From a virus (taxonomy: Duplodnaviria > Heunggongvirae > Uroviricota > Caudoviricetes): 36,723 bases of DNA. The position numbers and the translations under genes are program-made. The stretch lies in IMG/VR virus record IMGVR_UViG_2851976983_000007; one strand, written 5' to 3'. The notes beneath the pieces were generated by a model. That model made no database searches. It was not told the origin of the DNA and was given only the letters and a program-made list of their open reading frames with translations. Of this stretch, positions 8,228-17,456 are shown piece by piece. Positions within the stretch are counted from its first letter, which is position 1. Each line of letters begins with the position of its first letter.

Positions 8228-11021
8228 TATCCGGGTCGCTTTCAGCGCCGTTGACAGGCTGACCCGGCCTGCCGAAAACGCCCGCCGCCTGATGGGGCAG
8301 TTTGGTGACTCCATCCAGCGAACGCAGGGGGCGATCAAAAATCTCGAGCGTCAGGCGCGATCATTTGAGCGCGCCCGCGACGCTGTCAGTAAAGCGGATG
8401 CTGGCATATTGAAAGCACGACGCCAGCTTAACGCCCTTAATCAGTTACAACGCACGGGTACAGTGCTCAGCGAAAAACAACAAAAGCTGATGCAGCAGTT
8501 AAGCACCCGGCTTGAACACCTGAATGAATCGCGCACACGTGAAATTCAGAAAATGCGGGAGCTTGGCGGAGAGCTGAAACGCCACGGCATTTCCCTGACA
8601 GGCAGCGATAACACCATCCAGCAGGCCATCAGACGCACCGAACAGTACAACAACCAGCTTGAACGCGAACGGCAGGCGCTTGCGCGTGTAACGCGGGCGC
8701 GTGAGCGGTATTCGCGCGCGCAGGAAACTGCGGGAAAACTGAAAACAGGTGGTGCGCTGGCAATTGGTGCGGCAGCGGCTGGCGGCTATGCTGCCGGGCG
8801 TTTTTTGCAGCCTGCGATCGGGTTCGGGAAAGAGATGTCCCGCGTTCAGGCACTGACGCGAATCGACAAAAACAGCCCGCAGTTTAAGGCGCTGCGTGAG
8901 CAGGCGTTAAAACTTGGCTCTGAAACACAGTTTACTGCGAGTGATGCCGCCAGTGGGCAGAGCTTTCTGGCAATGGCTGGTTTTACTCCGCAGGCCATTC
9001 AGGCCGCATTGCCCGGTGTTCTTAATATGGCGCTGGCAGGTGGCGTCGAACTCGGCGAGACGGCTGATATAGGCTCCAATATCCTCACACAATTCAACCT
9101 GACAGCCGATCAAATGGACCGTGTTGGCGATACGCTGACAGCAGCATTCACCCGGACCAATACTGATTTACGCGCGCTGGGCGAAACCATGAAGTATACC
9201 GGTCCGGTTGCCGCAAAACTTGGTATCAGTCTTGAAGAAGCGGCAGCCATGGCCGGGATGCTTGCCAATAATGGTCTTCGTGGAAGCGATGCTGGTACAG
9301 CCATGCGCGCAAGTCTGTCCCGCCTTGCATCACCGCCAAAAGCTGCGGCTGATGCGCTGAAAGAGCTGGGGGTGTCAGTTGCTGACGCCAGAGGCAAAAT
9401 GCGCCCGATGGAGGATGTGCTGCTTGATCTCTATAAGGCGACACAAAAATACGGACAGGTGGACCAGGTCTCCTTCTTCAAGGACATCGCCGGAGAAGAG
9501 GCGTTCGTTGGTTTGCAGACGCTTGTTGCGGCGGCTGGTTCAGGAGAGCTGCAAAAACTGACCAGAGAATTGCAGGGGGCAAGGGGAGAGGCCGATCGCG
9601 TTGCAAAAGTAATGGCCGATAATCTTGATGGGGACCTGAAAAATCTCGACAGCGCATGGGAAGGTCTTCGTATTCGCATCAGTGATCTGGTTGACGGTCC
9701 GCTGCGTTCTGTCACGCAGTGGCTCACGCGGGTGCTTGAAAAAATCACCTCGCTGGCGCAGGCCCATCCGGTACTGACGCGCCAGCTACTGATAGCAGGC
9801 GGTGCGTTGCTGGCAATGACTGCAACGGTTGGCTCGTTGTCGCTGGCTATTGGTGTGCTTGCTGGCCCGCTGGCAAAACTGCGTCTTGGCTTTTCCCTCC
9901 TGACCGGTTCAATGAATGCTGTCAGACTCCTGCCAGCACTATGGGGAATGGTGACGGGTTCCGTTTCGTTACTGGGGGGCGCTATCGGGGCGTTGTTCAG
10001 TCCGGTCGGTCTTATCGTGGCTGCGCTTGCCGGAGCTGCCGTTCTCATCTGGAAATACTGGGATCCCATCAGGGCATTTTTTGCCGGGGTGTTCAGCGGG
10101 ATTATGGAAAGGCTGACCCCGTTGCGCGAAACCTTTGAACGGTTTGGTCCTGTTTTTGACGCAATCGGAAGCGGGATCAGCCAGGTGTTTAACTGGTTTA
10201 AATCGCTGTTGTCACCGATGGAGTCCAGCAAGGAAACGCTGGATAAATGTACCAGTGCTGGCGAGATATTCGGTAACGTTCTTGGCGGTGCGTTACAACT
10301 TGTTTTGACACCTGCAAAAATGCTACTGGATACGCTGGCGTGGATACTTGAAAAACTTGGCGTCCTTCCGGATGAAGCGGAAAGGGCGCGCAAGAAAATC
10401 GAAGACGCACAGCGTGAGGCCATTCTTCAGGACAAGGTTGCCTTGCTTCAGGGGGACCTGGCGAAAATCAATCCGCCGAAGCCTGTGGAAAATGGCAATG
10501 GCACCGGAGGTGATAACCCCAAAGACAATAAACCGCTCACAGACAGCAATACCGGTACGCTGCGCAGACTCAGCAAAATTGCTGATAACACAGGTAAGCT
10601 GGTTGAGGAGACGAAAAAACGCATTGGCCCCGGCGATATTGTCTTTAAGAACCTGCCCCGAGCACTTGCTGTTCGTGGGGAGTGGCAGGAGCGGAAGATT
10701 GCGCAGGTCAGTAAGCCTGCCCCCGCAATTAATATCACACCCGTGGTCTCGGCTCCGCTGCCTCCGGCGCTGGTCCCTGTTGTTGCGGCCAGCTCCCGCC
10801 CGGTGGCGGAGGCTATACGATCTCCAGTGGCATCAGTTCCTGTAACTTCCCGTAACCGGGAGCCTGTTGCCTCCGGATTTGGTGGTGAAATTCATGTTCA
10901 TCTGCATAACGTTGTTACGCAGAATCCCCGCGAACTGGCGAAACTGGTCGGTGAAATGGTCAGGGCAGAAATGGAACGGCGCGCCCGTGCCGGGCGTGGC
11001 AGTTTTTACGATAAAGATTGA
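8205..11021 (+). CDS. T: Tail tape measure protein T
   Basis: About 940 aa, helical N-terminus and hydrophobic middle typical of tape-measure proteins; start uncertain (GTG 8178, ATG 8205 or 8214). Confidence 0.85.
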   Translation: MQTMKTLDIRVAFSAVDRLTRPAENARRLMGQFGDSIQRTQGAIKNLERQARSFERARDAVSKADAGILKARRQLNALNQLQRTGTVLSEKQQKLMQQLSTRLEHLNESRTREIQKMRELGGELKRHGISLTGSDNTIQQAIRRTEQYNNQLERERQALARVTRARERYSRAQETAGKLKTGGALAIGAAAAGGYAAGRFLQPAIGFGKEMSRVQALTRIDKNSPQFKALREQALKLGSETQFTASDAASGQSFLAMAGFTPQAIQAALPGVLNMALAGGVELGETADIGSNILTQFNLTADQMDRVGDTLTAAFTRTNTDLRALGETMKYTGPVAAKLGISLEEAAAMAGMLANNGLRGSDAGTAMRASLSRLASPPKAAADALKELGVSVADARGKMRPMEDVLLDLYKATQKYGQVDQVSFFKDIAGEEAFVGLQTLVAAAGSGELQKLTRELQGARGEADRVAKVMADNLDGDLKNLDSAWEGLRIRISDLVDGPLRSVTQWLTRVLEKITSLAQAHPVLTRQLLIAGGALLAMTATVGSLSLAIGVLAGPLAKLRLGFSLLTGSMNAVRLLPALWGMVTGSVSLLGGAIGALFSPVGLIVAALAGAAVLIWKYWDPIRAFFAGVFSGIMERLTPLRETFERFGPVFDAIGSGISQVFNWFKSLLSPMESSKETLDKCTSAGEIFGNVLGGALQLVLTPAKMLLDTLAWILEKLGVLPDEAERARKKIEDAQREAILQDKVALLQGDLAKINPPKPVENGNGTGGDNPKDNKPLTDSNTGTLRRLSKIADNTGKLVEETKKRIGPGDIVFKNLPRALAVRGEWQERKIAQVSKPAPAINITPVVSAPLPPALVPVVAASSRPVAEAIRSPVASVPVTSRNREPVASGFGGEIHVHLHNVVTQNPRELAKLVGEMVRAEMERRARAGRGSFYDKD

Positions 11022-11027
11022 GGAGTC

Positions 11028-11522
11028 ATGGCCATGATGATGATCTACGGCATGTTTGTTTTTGAGCTGCGCACGCTGCCGCATCAGCAGTTACAGCAAA
11101 ACAAAAGCTGGCGGCATGTGAAAAATGAACGCGTTAACCGTTCAGCAAGCTGGCAGTATATCGGTGCAGGTGATGATCGCATCGTTCTTTCTGGTGTGCT
11201 TTATCCTGAAATTACAGGTGGCGAAGTGTCGCTGTCGCTGCTGACCACGCAGGCGTATACAGGACGACCCTGGCCTTTGATTGATGGCGTCGGGCAGATT
11301 TACGGCATGTATGTCCTGACCGGAACGAATACGACCCGTTCCGAGTTTGATCGCTACGGTAAGGCGAAAAAGATAGAATTTTCACTGACCCTTGAACGCT
11401 GTGATGAGGATTTGCGGGAGCGCCTGCAATCCTCATCGTTCAGCGATATGCTGTCCGGCTTCAAAGATAAAGTGACATCATCTCTTAACAGCGCGGTCAG
11501 TTCAGTTAAAGGGCTGTTCTGA
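11028..11522 (+). CDS. U: Tail protein U
   Basis: 164 aa, GMFVFELRTLPHQ... resembles P2 gpU N-terminus; follows T. Confidence 0.85.
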   Translation: MAMMMIYGMFVFELRTLPHQQLQQNKSWRHVKNERVNRSASWQYIGAGDDRIVLSGVLYPEITGGEVSLSLLTTQAYTGRPWPLIDGVGQIYGMYVLTGTNTTRSEFDRYGKAKKIEFSLTLERCDEDLRERLQSSSFSDMLSGFKDKVTSSLNSAVSSVKGLF

Positions 11523-11533
11523 TTTAACACAAA

Positions 11534-11570
11534 AACCGCTAATGACCAGATTAGCGGTTATTTTGTTTCC
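11534..11570. terminator. Hairpin AACCGCTAAT-(6)-ATTAGCGGTT followed by ATTTTGTTT; terminator after U, overlapping the 3' end of the invertase ORF
   Basis: Seen in sequence. Confidence 0.5.
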
Positions 11571-12145
11571 TGACTCTTCTCAATTGTTCCGCTTGATTCT
11601 CCTGCGGGGTGGTAACGATAAATCGTCGATATACCAATGCCGTAAATTATTGCCAGTTGTTTTCTGTCGTGCCCGTTTTTGATCAGCCTTGCTATTTGCT
11701 CATGCTGTTCTTTTGTCAGCTTCGGGCGACGTCCGCCTGTGCGCCCTCGTGCGCGCGCTGCAGCCAGTCCGGCCAGTGTACGTTCAACAATTAATTCACG
11801 TTCCATTTCAGCCAGGGCACCCATCACGTGGAAGAAAAAACGCCCCATTGGAGAAGATGTATCTATGCTGTCGGTCAGACTGCGAAAATTAATCCCTCGC
11901 TCCCGTAGTTCCCCGACGAGAGAAATCAGATGTTTCATGCTTCGCCCGAGGCGATCCAGTTTCCAGACAACCAGCGTGTCGCCTTTTTGAAGGCGCTTTA
12001 AAGCGCGTTTTAATCCCGGTCGGTCTGTCTTTGTCCCGCTTAATTTATCTTCAAATATTTGTTCGCATCCTGCACAAACAAGAGCGTTTCGTTGCAGGTC
12101 TGTATTCTGGTCATTTGTTGATACGCGAACATAGCCAATAAGCAT
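11558..12145 (-). CDS. Serine DNA invertase, Hin/Gin/Pin/Cin family
   Basis: MLIGYVRVSTNDQNTDLQRNAL...TLVVWKLDRLGRS...SPMGRFFFHVMGALAEMERELI...GRRPKLT: near-canonical Hin-family sequence with catalytic Ser in RVST; start at second ATG, which has GGGGG spacing. Confidence 0.9.
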   Translation of the reverse strand: MLIGYVRVSTNDQNTDLQRNALVCAGCEQIFEDKLSGTKTDRPGLKRALKRLQKGDTLVVWKLDRLGRSMKHLISLVGELRERGINFRSLTDSIDTSSPMGRFFFHVMGALAEMERELIVERTLAGLAAARARGRTGGRRPKLTKEQHEQIARLIKNGHDRKQLAIIYGIGISTIYRYHPAGESSGTIEKSQETK

Positions 12146-12200
12146 GATCATCCCCCTGAATAAAAACCGGGGATGATGCCAGTTAGCTGTTACCTCTGCA

Positions 12201-12226
12201 TTTTCTTAAACGTTGGTTTGGAGAAG
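12201..12226. other. Candidate invertase crossover site, left (26 bp, 12-2-12: TTTTCTTAAACG TT GGTTTGGAGAAG)
   Basis: hix/gix-like half-sites TTnTCnnAAAC; about 50 bp from the invertase start; inverted relative to the right site. Confidence 0.55.
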
Positions 12227-12925
12227 GGCCGATGGGTTGTTGGCCCGGGCAATGCAATACTGTATGGACAGCTGGTCCGGTATGGTGTTTTGGTTCAACG
12301 GGCGAAATTTTCTGCCTCTGATTACCCTGTGCTGGCGAAGTGTTCCTTCGCTGTATTACCTGAAGCCCGGTGATTTCATTCGTATCTGATGACGGCGAGG
12401 TCAGACGGGTCGAATATTGCTGGCAGGCAGCTACAAACTTTTCTCAGTTTCCGGAATATAGGCGAGGTGCGGGACACGCAATTAACTTCATGATGCATCG
12501 CCGAAATCAGCCAGGATTTCAGATTTAATTTCACAGTAATCTGTGGTGATGTGTGAATTTTTTGCTGTCAGCCGCGAAAATTGCATTTATTTCTGGTGAG
12601 GCTAATAATGAACCTGTTTGATGAAATGGGCTGGCTACAGTGCCGGCGATATGCGTGTTTTATTATGATGCTGAACATCTGAGTATACGGGCTGTCTGAT
12701 GAATATAATACTGCGTAAGTATGCCCGCCTGTTCATGGTATTGCCCTGGCGAACATTGGAAGAGGCAGTATTTACAGGTAAGGATGGACCATGAAAAGAC
12801 CATCGCAATGAGACTGTTATCAATCGAAATGGTCGCTGTAAGTGGATTATATCGGTGCCATCAAAACGTTATGTCAGCTTTACCGTTACGCCATTGATAA
12901 TGGATGGTGAGAATGGGTGACAGAT
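12227..12925. repeat. Left arm of long inverted duplication (about 85-90 percent identical to 13220-13968, inverted), carrying an alternative tail-fibre C-terminal segment and a frameshifted tfa copy
   Basis: Manual alignment of + strand here against the reverse complement of the right arm; many substitutions and 1-nt indels. Confidence 0.7.
12608..12925 (+). pseudogene. tfa' remnant (tail fibre assembly chaperone pseudogene), multiple frameshifts relative to the intact tfa
   Basis: Begins ATGAACCTGTTTGATGAAATGGGCTGG, homologous to tfa ATGAAACCTGTTTTTGATGAAAATGGGCTGG, but stops after about 25 codons. Confidence 0.6.
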
Positions 12926-13157
12926 ACTAAGGCCACACGGTGCCGCAGTAGAGCGCAGAAGCACAGCGCCAGTCACTGATTGATGCTGCAATGGCTTCCA
13001 TCAGCCTGATTCAGCTGAATTACAGGCCGGGCGGAAGCTGACGCAGGCAGAACCACCCGGCTTAACGCCGTGCTGATTCATGCCGGTCGACATCAGCCCG
13101 GCCGATGTCATGCCTGAATGCGGAGCAGCCATTCAATATCTGGCGCTGGTTCGCCGT

Positions 13158-13535
13158 TCAGTGCGCCAGTTGTGCCTTATATTGCACCATTCTCACCATC
13201 CATTTATCATATGGCGTTAACGGTGAAAGCGTGACATAACCGTTTTTGATGGCACCGATATAATCCACTGTAACAGCAGCACCATTTTCGATTGAGTAAA
13301 CAGTCTCATTGCGATGGTCTTCTTCATGGCTCCATCCCTTACCTGTAAATACTGCCACTCTTCCCGGGATGTTTTCGCCAGGGTCAATACCAGTGGAACA
13401 GGCGGGCATACTTACGCCAGTATTAATATATTCATCAGACCAGCCCGTATACTCAGATGTTTCAGCATCATAATAAAAACAACGCATATCGCCCGGCACT
13501 GTAGCCAGCCCATTTTCATCAAAAACAGGTTTCAT
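13158..13535 (-). CDS. G: Tail fibre assembly chaperone (Tfa, N-terminal Tfa domain only)
   Basis: 125 aa; ...PACSTGIDPGENIPGRVAVFTGKGWSHEEDHRNETVY... parallels lambda Tfa ...[39 protein letters not shown]... Confidence 0.85.
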   Translation of the reverse strand: MKPVFDENGLATVPGDMRCFYYDAETSEYTGWSDEYINTGVSMPACSTGIDPGENIPGRVAVFTGKGWSHEEDHRNETVYSIENGAAVTVDYIGAIKNGYVTLSPLTPYDKWMVRMVQYKAQLAH

Positions 13536-13968
13536 TATTTAGCCCTCACCAGAAAGTTAAATGCAATATTTCGCGGTCTGACAGCAACAAAATTCACACC
13601 ATCACCCACAGAGTTACTGGTGAAATTAAATCGTGAAAATCCTGGCTGATTTCCGGCGATGCCATCATGAAAGTTAATTGCGTGTCCCGCACCTTCGCCT
13701 ATATTCCGGCAACTGAGAAAGTTTGTAGCTGCCTGCCAGCTTAATAATCGCGACCACCGTCTGCACCTCGCCGTCATCCAGATACGAATGAAATCACGCG
13801 GGCTTCAGGTAATACCAGCGAAGGAAACACTTTCGCCAGCACAGGTAATCAGAGCAGAAAATTTCGCCCCGTTGAACTTCAAAACACCATACCGGACCAG
13901 CTGTCGATTACAGTATTTGGCATTGCCGCGGAGGCCCAGAAGAACGGAACGCCAATAGCTGGAGCACC
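13220..13968. repeat. Right arm of the inverted duplication (H C-terminal region plus 5' two-thirds of tfa)
   Basis: See left arm; pairing derived by manual alignment. Confidence 0.7.
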
Positions 13969-15030
13969 TTCTCCCAAACCAAGGTATGCGAGAAGACCAG
14001 CAACATCCTTTCCACTCAAATTAGTCAGCGTATTGTCCAGCGGTTGTTTGTCTGCCAGTGCATTAAGCACTGTTGTTGAAAAGTTAGGGTCATTCCCCAG
14101 CGCCGCCGCCAGTTCATTCAGTGTATCCAGTGCCGCAGGGGCAGAACCCACCATTGCCGCAATTGCTGATTTCACAAAAGCTGTGGTGGCAATCTGTGTA
14201 TTGTTGACCGACTGTGCCGCAGTAGGTGCTGTTGGCGTTCCGGTAAGTGCCGGACTCGATAGCGGCGCTTTCAGTGCCAGCGCATTGTTAATGGTGGTGC
14301 TGAATTTCGGGTCATTGTTAATGGCTGCGGCAATTTCTTTCAGTGTGTCCAGCGTGGCTGGCGCACCGTTAATCAGATCGGTAATAGCGGCCTGAACAAA
14401 CTCAGTGGTCGCAATCCGCGTGGTGTTATTTCCTGCGGCAGGCGTCGGCGCTTTTGGTTCTCCGGTAAATGTCGGATTATGTTTCTGCGCATACTGGGTA
14501 TGAGGATCCTGTGCGGCAATGTGGTTTCTCATCTGGTCATCCACATACAGCTTTAATTCCAGGACTTTATCATCCACGTATTTACGGGTCGCCAGTACCA
14601 CCGACGGGTCGATTTTCAGCGTGATGGCTTCGGTGTTCGTGACAACCAGAATCATGCGGATAGTCTGGGTGCGTCCACTGCCTTCCTGCAACTGCGGTTT
14701 GTACGTTTCCGGGCAGTTTGCCACCGCAATGAGTACACCTTCATCATCATAAAGACCAATCTCACGGATCCAGAATCCTCCCTCGTTTTCAGGGATGATT
14801 TGCTCAGCAATAATCTGGCTCTGATTGTTAGGGTCAACACTCAGAAGATTCAGCGGTGCAATGCGTTTCTGGTTAATCAGTTTTGTTTGTGCAGGGTCTG
14901 GTGTTGGTAACACACCATTTGCATCACCAACGGCCATTTGCGTCAGATTCAGCTTACTGCCGAGCATCGTCGCGTTAGCCAGTCGTGCCGCGCCCTGATT
15001 AGTCAGAATGGCGTAGTATTTCACTGTCAT
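13879..15030 (-). CDS. H: Tail fibre protein H: P2 H-like constant N-terminal region, then only 34 aa after the crossover site
   Basis: N-terminus ...MAVGDANG...EGGFWIREIGLYDDEGVLIAVAN...YKPQLQEGSGRTQTIRMI... parallels P2 gpH; 383 aa versus about 670 in P2, so the distal region is short or decayed. Confidence 0.85.
   Translation of the reverse strand: MTVKYYAILTNQGAARLANATMLGSKLNLTQMAVGDANGVLPTPDPAQTKLINQKRIAPLNLLSVDPNNQSQIIAEQIIPENEGGFWIREIGLYDDEGVLIAVANCPETYKPQLQEGSGRTQTIRMILVVTNTEAITLKIDPSVVLATRKYVDDKVLELKLYVDDQMRNHIAAQDPHTQYAQKHNPTFTGEPKAPTPAAGNNTTRIATTEFVQAAITDLINGAPATLDTLKEIAAAINNDPKFSTTINNALALKAPLSSPALTGTPTAPTAAQSVNNTQIATTAFVKSAIAAMVGSAPAALDTLNELAAALGNDPNFSTTVLNALADKQPLDNTLTNLSGKDVAGLLAYLGLGEGAPAIGVPFFWASAAMPNTVIDSWSGMVF
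13969..13994. other. Candidate invertase crossover site, right (TTCTCCCAAACC AA GGTATGCGAGAA), inside the H coding sequence
   Basis: Left half closely matches my recollection of the hixL left half (TTCTTGAAAACC); in frame it encodes AYLGLGEG of H; inverted relative to the left site. Confidence 0.6.
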
Positions 15031-15635
15031 GCGTTTACTCTCAGATTATCAATTAAATGAATGGCCGGGGCAGGGAAATAATCCCCTTCGACAATAATGG
15101 ACTCCGGGGTGTAGGGATAAACCGTCAGGGCATCGCCGTGATAGCATCCCGTACCAACGAAAATCTTTCCGTTCACACTCAGGCTGATCGCCAGCCCCGT
15201 CAGATGGCGACTTACTGGTTTTGCATCCGCAATAAGGCGCTCAAGTTCCTGATACATTTCATCGGTGATGCCCTGATCAAGTACTCCGACAACAATGCGA
15301 AATGTTCCTGGCTCCTCGTTGAGTTGCCACCACTCCTTTACTTCAATCAGGTAGCCGAGAGGCTCCACGGCTCTTCGCAGTGCGCTGATGGTCCCTTTGT
15401 GTCGGTGTATCAGCCATGCATCACGAATCACCTGTCGCTTTGTCTCTTCCGGCCAGTTGCGATCCCAGCGGTCAACGGAAAACGCCCAGGCGAGATAAGG
15501 CAGCAAATGCACCGGGCAGGTGTCCGGTGACCACAGCGTGTTGAGGTCTACCGGGATGTCTGTAATGCGCGCTCCGACTGCTTCGGCGCAACGCATGAAA
15601 CGGCTGGCTGATGGCGGTAACAGTGAATTACTCAT
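15027..15635 (-). CDS. I: Baseplate protein I
   Basis: Start at MSNSLLPP with AGGTGG SD; overlaps J stop; track ORF extends to 15668. Confidence 0.8.
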   Translation of the reverse strand: MSNSLLPPSASRFMRCAEAVGARITDIPVDLNTLWSPDTCPVHLLPYLAWAFSVDRWDRNWPEETKRQVIRDAWLIHRHKGTISALRRAVEPLGYLIEVKEWWQLNEEPGTFRIVVGVLDQGITDEMYQELERLIADAKPVSRHLTGLAISLSVNGKIFVGTGCYHGDALTVYPYTPESIIVEGDYFPAPAIHLIDNLRVNA

Positions 15636-16524
15636 TGCGCCCACCTTCGCTGATGGTGAATGACTCACAGCGCGCCGCCTGTATGTCGCTGATGGCCAGA
15701 TTCTGTGTGGGTTCGATTATCTCCACGCGTTGCACACCGTGCACATGCAGTGCGGCAGCAATGGCGGACAACGCCACGTCCTGACCGATAAGCCCCTGCT
15801 CAGCCAGCCACTTCCTGAACGACGATTCAGCCGCCGCCAGAATAGGTTCGGATTCCGGACCGGGGTAAAAGTACAGTTTTGCATTCAGCCGCCATGTCAC
15901 GATTCTGGCGCTCTGTACGGTCAGGCGGTCGGCCACCGGGCGGGTATCCTCTGCATTCAGAACGGCGCGAACGGTATTAAGCAACGCCTCCGTTGCTGTG
16001 CCGTCGCCTTCAGTGGACAGGATGGAAACCGTCACATTTGCCGGAGACGGACTGATAGCCCGCGCATCACGCACCAGACCGCTGGCGCTGCGGGCAAAAT
16101 ACTCGTATGCACCTGACGGGCCAGCAACACTCAGGCCGTCGTACGCCCGCTGCGCCCGCAGTCTCAGCGAGGTGTCGCTCTCCATCACCGCGTCGGTGGT
16201 ATCCGTTGCCGGAGTGATAACCAGGCGCTTTGTGTTCATATTGCCCGCGAGGTTGTCCAGGTCTGTCCCGGCGCTGTGGCTTAACATGCAGGCGCGTGCC
16301 CCCTCGTTAACCCGCTGGCGTAACAGCATTTCACGAAACGACATGGTTTGAGCGATAACGTTAAGGGGTTCCGATTCCAGCTCCAGCGCGGCGGAAACGG
16401 CTTCACGCTGTTCGGCGGGATAAGCCGCAATCATCATGGCCTTTGTGTCAGCCAGAATTGCCTCAAAGTCAGGCTCCGCGATGATGGCGGGGTCCGGTAA
16501 CTGTGAAAGGTCAACGGCGGGCAT
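15628..16524 (-). CDS. J: Baseplate assembly protein J
   Basis: 298 aa; position between W and I. Confidence 0.85.
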   Translation of the reverse strand: MPAVDLSQLPDPAIIAEPDFEAILADTKAMMIAAYPAEQREAVSAALELESEPLNVIAQTMSFREMLLRQRVNEGARACMLSHSAGTDLDNLAGNMNTKRLVITPATDTTDAVMESDTSLRLRAQRAYDGLSVAGPSGAYEYFARSASGLVRDARAISPSPANVTVSILSTEGDGTATEALLNTVRAVLNAEDTRPVADRLTVQSARIVTWRLNAKLYFYPGPESEPILAAAESSFRKWLAEQGLIGQDVALSAIAAALHVHGVQRVEIIEPTQNLAISDIQAARCESFTISEGGRNE

Positions 16525-16527
16525 GAT

Positions 16528-16878
16528 TTACTCCCTTAGCGTGATGGTTAATTCAACATTCTGCATGGTCTGCATGACAGTGCCCGACAGCGTCACCCCG
16601 GCGCGGCCTCCCGCTTTCCAGACAACGTCGATGGCATCCAGGGCAATGCGGGGTTCCCATCGTGTCAGCGCAATCACGGCAGCACTCATGCATTGCAGAC
16701 GCGTGGTGTTATTCATGGGTTCGTCAATCAAATCAGGCACAAGGCTGCCATATTCCCGTCGCATAACCCGGCTTGCCAGCGGGGTGGTCAGGATATCCCT
16801 GACTGACTGTTTCAGGTGCTCCATATCGTTCAGGTTTCCCGTCCCGTCCGGATTCATTCCTGTGTAGCGGGTTGTCAC
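16528..16878 (-). CDS. W: Baseplate wedge protein W (GPW/gp25 family)
   Basis: 116 aa; position and size. Confidence 0.85.
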   Translation of the reverse strand: MTTRYTGMNPDGTGNLNDMEHLKQSVRDILTTPLASRVMRREYGSLVPDLIDEPMNNTTRLQCMSAAVIALTRWEPRIALDAIDVVWKAGGRAGVTLSGTVMQTMQNVELTITLRE

Positions 16879-17456
16879 TGCGGGCCTCCTGTCGAATCGC
16901 TGCCGCCTTTCACGCCACCGTGTTTATGCGTATGCACTGTGATGCCGTTTGAGGTGAAGTTGCCGCCGCTGTGCGTGATATTGCCGCTCATCTTTCCTCC
17001 TTTTGTGACGTCAAGCGTCGCCGTTCTCAGAAGGTTTGTGCATTCCACGACGGGCGTATCCAGTTTCACGCTGACGGATGCCTGTAAAGTGGCCGTTTTC
17101 ATGCCGCTGGCGCTCAGTGCGCCAGCGTCCGCGTCGTAGCGGAACACCGCGCCGTCCGGCGCGCTGATCACGATTTCTTTCAGGCTTTTGCCGGGGGCCG
17201 GACTGGCATCACTGCACAGGCTGCCAATTATCATGGCGGTTTCCGGGTTGCCGCCAATGCAGGCAATTACCACCTGTTCGCCTGGTGATGGCGGCAGCCA
17301 CACATTGAAGGCTCCCGCGCGCGTGGTGTTCCAGCGCAGCCAGCCTGTTTCCAGTTCGCCGCTGCGAACGCGCACGCGCCAGGACTTCTCATCAACTTCA
17401 GAGATGATCCCGGTGCGGATGATATTGCTCAGCAGTCGCATGAGTTCTGCGCTCAC
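16875..17456 (-). CDS. V: Baseplate spike protein V
   Basis: 193 aa; position and size. Confidence 0.85.
   Translation of the reverse strand: MSAELMRLLSNIIRTGIISEVDEKSWRVRVRSGELETGWLRWNTTRAGAFNVWLPPSPGEQVVIACIGGNPETAMIIGSLCSDASPAPGKSLKEIVISAPDGAVFRYDADAGALSASGMKTATLQASVSVKLDTPVVECTNLLRTATLDVTKGGKMSGNITHSGGNFTSNGITVHTHKHGGVKGGSDSTGGPQ

Noticed and set aside
9431-10423. 330-aa minus-strand ORF antisense to the tape-measure gene
   Set aside because: Lies wholly inside T on the opposite strand, is Ser/Ala/Pro-rich and low-complexity; a typical spurious antisense ORF in GC-rich coding sequence
12173-12373. 66-aa plus-strand ORF next to the invertase as an independent gene
   Set aside because: Better explained as the alternative tail-fibre C-terminal arm read across the left crossover site; no SD of its own
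13535-13777. 80-aa minus-strand ORF between H and tfa as an independent gene
   Set aside because: No ribosome-binding site; the frame is open upstream without a start; more likely a frameshifted remnant of the H distal region
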